A stretch of 64,000 bases of DNA, from the NCBI RefSeq assembly GCF_006345805.1, contig NC_043011.1, positions 12,226,464 to 12,290,463 on the forward strand, given 5' to 3'. Each line of letters begins with the position of its first letter. Positions within the stretch are counted from its first letter, which is position 1. The DNA comes from Octopus sinensis. Lineage: Eukaryota. The notes beneath the pieces are model-generated. The model saw only the letters and a list, made by a program, of their open reading frames with translations. It had not been told where the DNA came from and did not search any database. Shown piece by piece: positions 63,353 to 64,000 of this stretch. The translations under genes and the position numbers were made by a program.

Positions 63353-64000
63353 GGAAGAATTTTGGAAAGAACTATGTTCAGTGAATGAACAACCACAGAA
63401 AAGGACTATTAAAACAACAAACTTAGCACCTGAGCAACTCTGGACCCCCATAACAACTGAAGACATCACCCAGGCACTGCAAAGACTAAGCAACTGGAAG
63501 GCACCTGGGTACGACAAGATCCCCAACTTCTGGTTCAAATATCTGACAAGAATACACAAAAAGCTGGCTGAAAACTTTAACGACATACTAGCAGAGCCAG
63601 AGATAATGCCTGAATGGCTCACGAAGGGGAAAACCATCCTAATTTCCAAATCCAATGAAGCAACAAAACAAGAAAACTACAGACCTATAACCTGTCTCCC
63701 TACAATGTACAAAGCCTTTACTGCGGTAATATCACAAAGATTGAACAAGCATCTGGAAGAAAAACAACCTGTTTCCAGAAGAGCAGAAGGGATTCTGCAA
63801 GGGCTCATATGGCTGTAAAGATCAACTAATGATCAATAAAGCCATAACTGAAGACAGCCGCAGAAAGAAGAAAGGCCTCAGTATGGCCTGGATCGACTAC
63901 CGAAAGGCTTTTGATAGCATTCCTCACACATGGATCCTCAAAACACTATCCATTAACAAGGTAGCACCAATAATTATAAAATACATAGGACACTCTATGA
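63340..64000 (+). mobile_element. R4/Dong-clade reverse transcriptase, 5'-truncated, running off the window; one +1 frameshift
   Basis: NWKAPGYDKIPNFW...NYRPITCLPTMYK; after an extra A at 63760-64 it continues NNLFPEEQKGFCKGSYGCKDQLMINKAI...MAWIDYRKAFDSIPHTW; abuts (TAA)n/(GAA)n. Confidence 0.9.

Noticed and set aside
63037-63384. Poly-N/poly-K ORF and the opposite-strand poly-S/poly-L ORFs
   Set aside because: Translation of (AAT)n/(AAG)n microsatellites

Overview
This is AT-rich, repeat-dense eukaryotic genomic DNA. The SINE, RTE and microsatellite landscape strongly suggests an octopus (cephalopod) genome, which is an inference I cannot verify here. The one firm gene is the 3' part of a cAMP-specific phosphodiesterase 4 (PDE4/dunce orthologue) on the minus strand: 8 coding exons at 62364-37953, all GT-AG and in phase, with the full catalytic domain intact. 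Its 5' exons lie beyond the window. On the plus strand there is a terminal exon encoding a CCCH zinc finger (3205-3361) of an unidentified gene, with an apparently disrupted upstream exon. Most of the rest is transposable elements: three tRNA-derived SINE families, RTE, R4/Dong and CR1-like LINE fragments, mariner and maT remnants, piggyBac-, hAT-, Merlin- and Tigger-type MITEs, Helitrons and a solo LTR, several nested with readable target-site duplications. The most notable unannotated signal is a set of type I hammerhead ribozyme motifs. Four have intact cores, two are one mutation away and several are decayed. They occur as divergently oriented pairs in the arms of fold-back elements (7854-8251, 9665-10994) and as a sense-strand copy inside a PDE4 intron (53311-53351). 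Nearly all ORF-track entries are microsatellite or SINE read-through artefacts.
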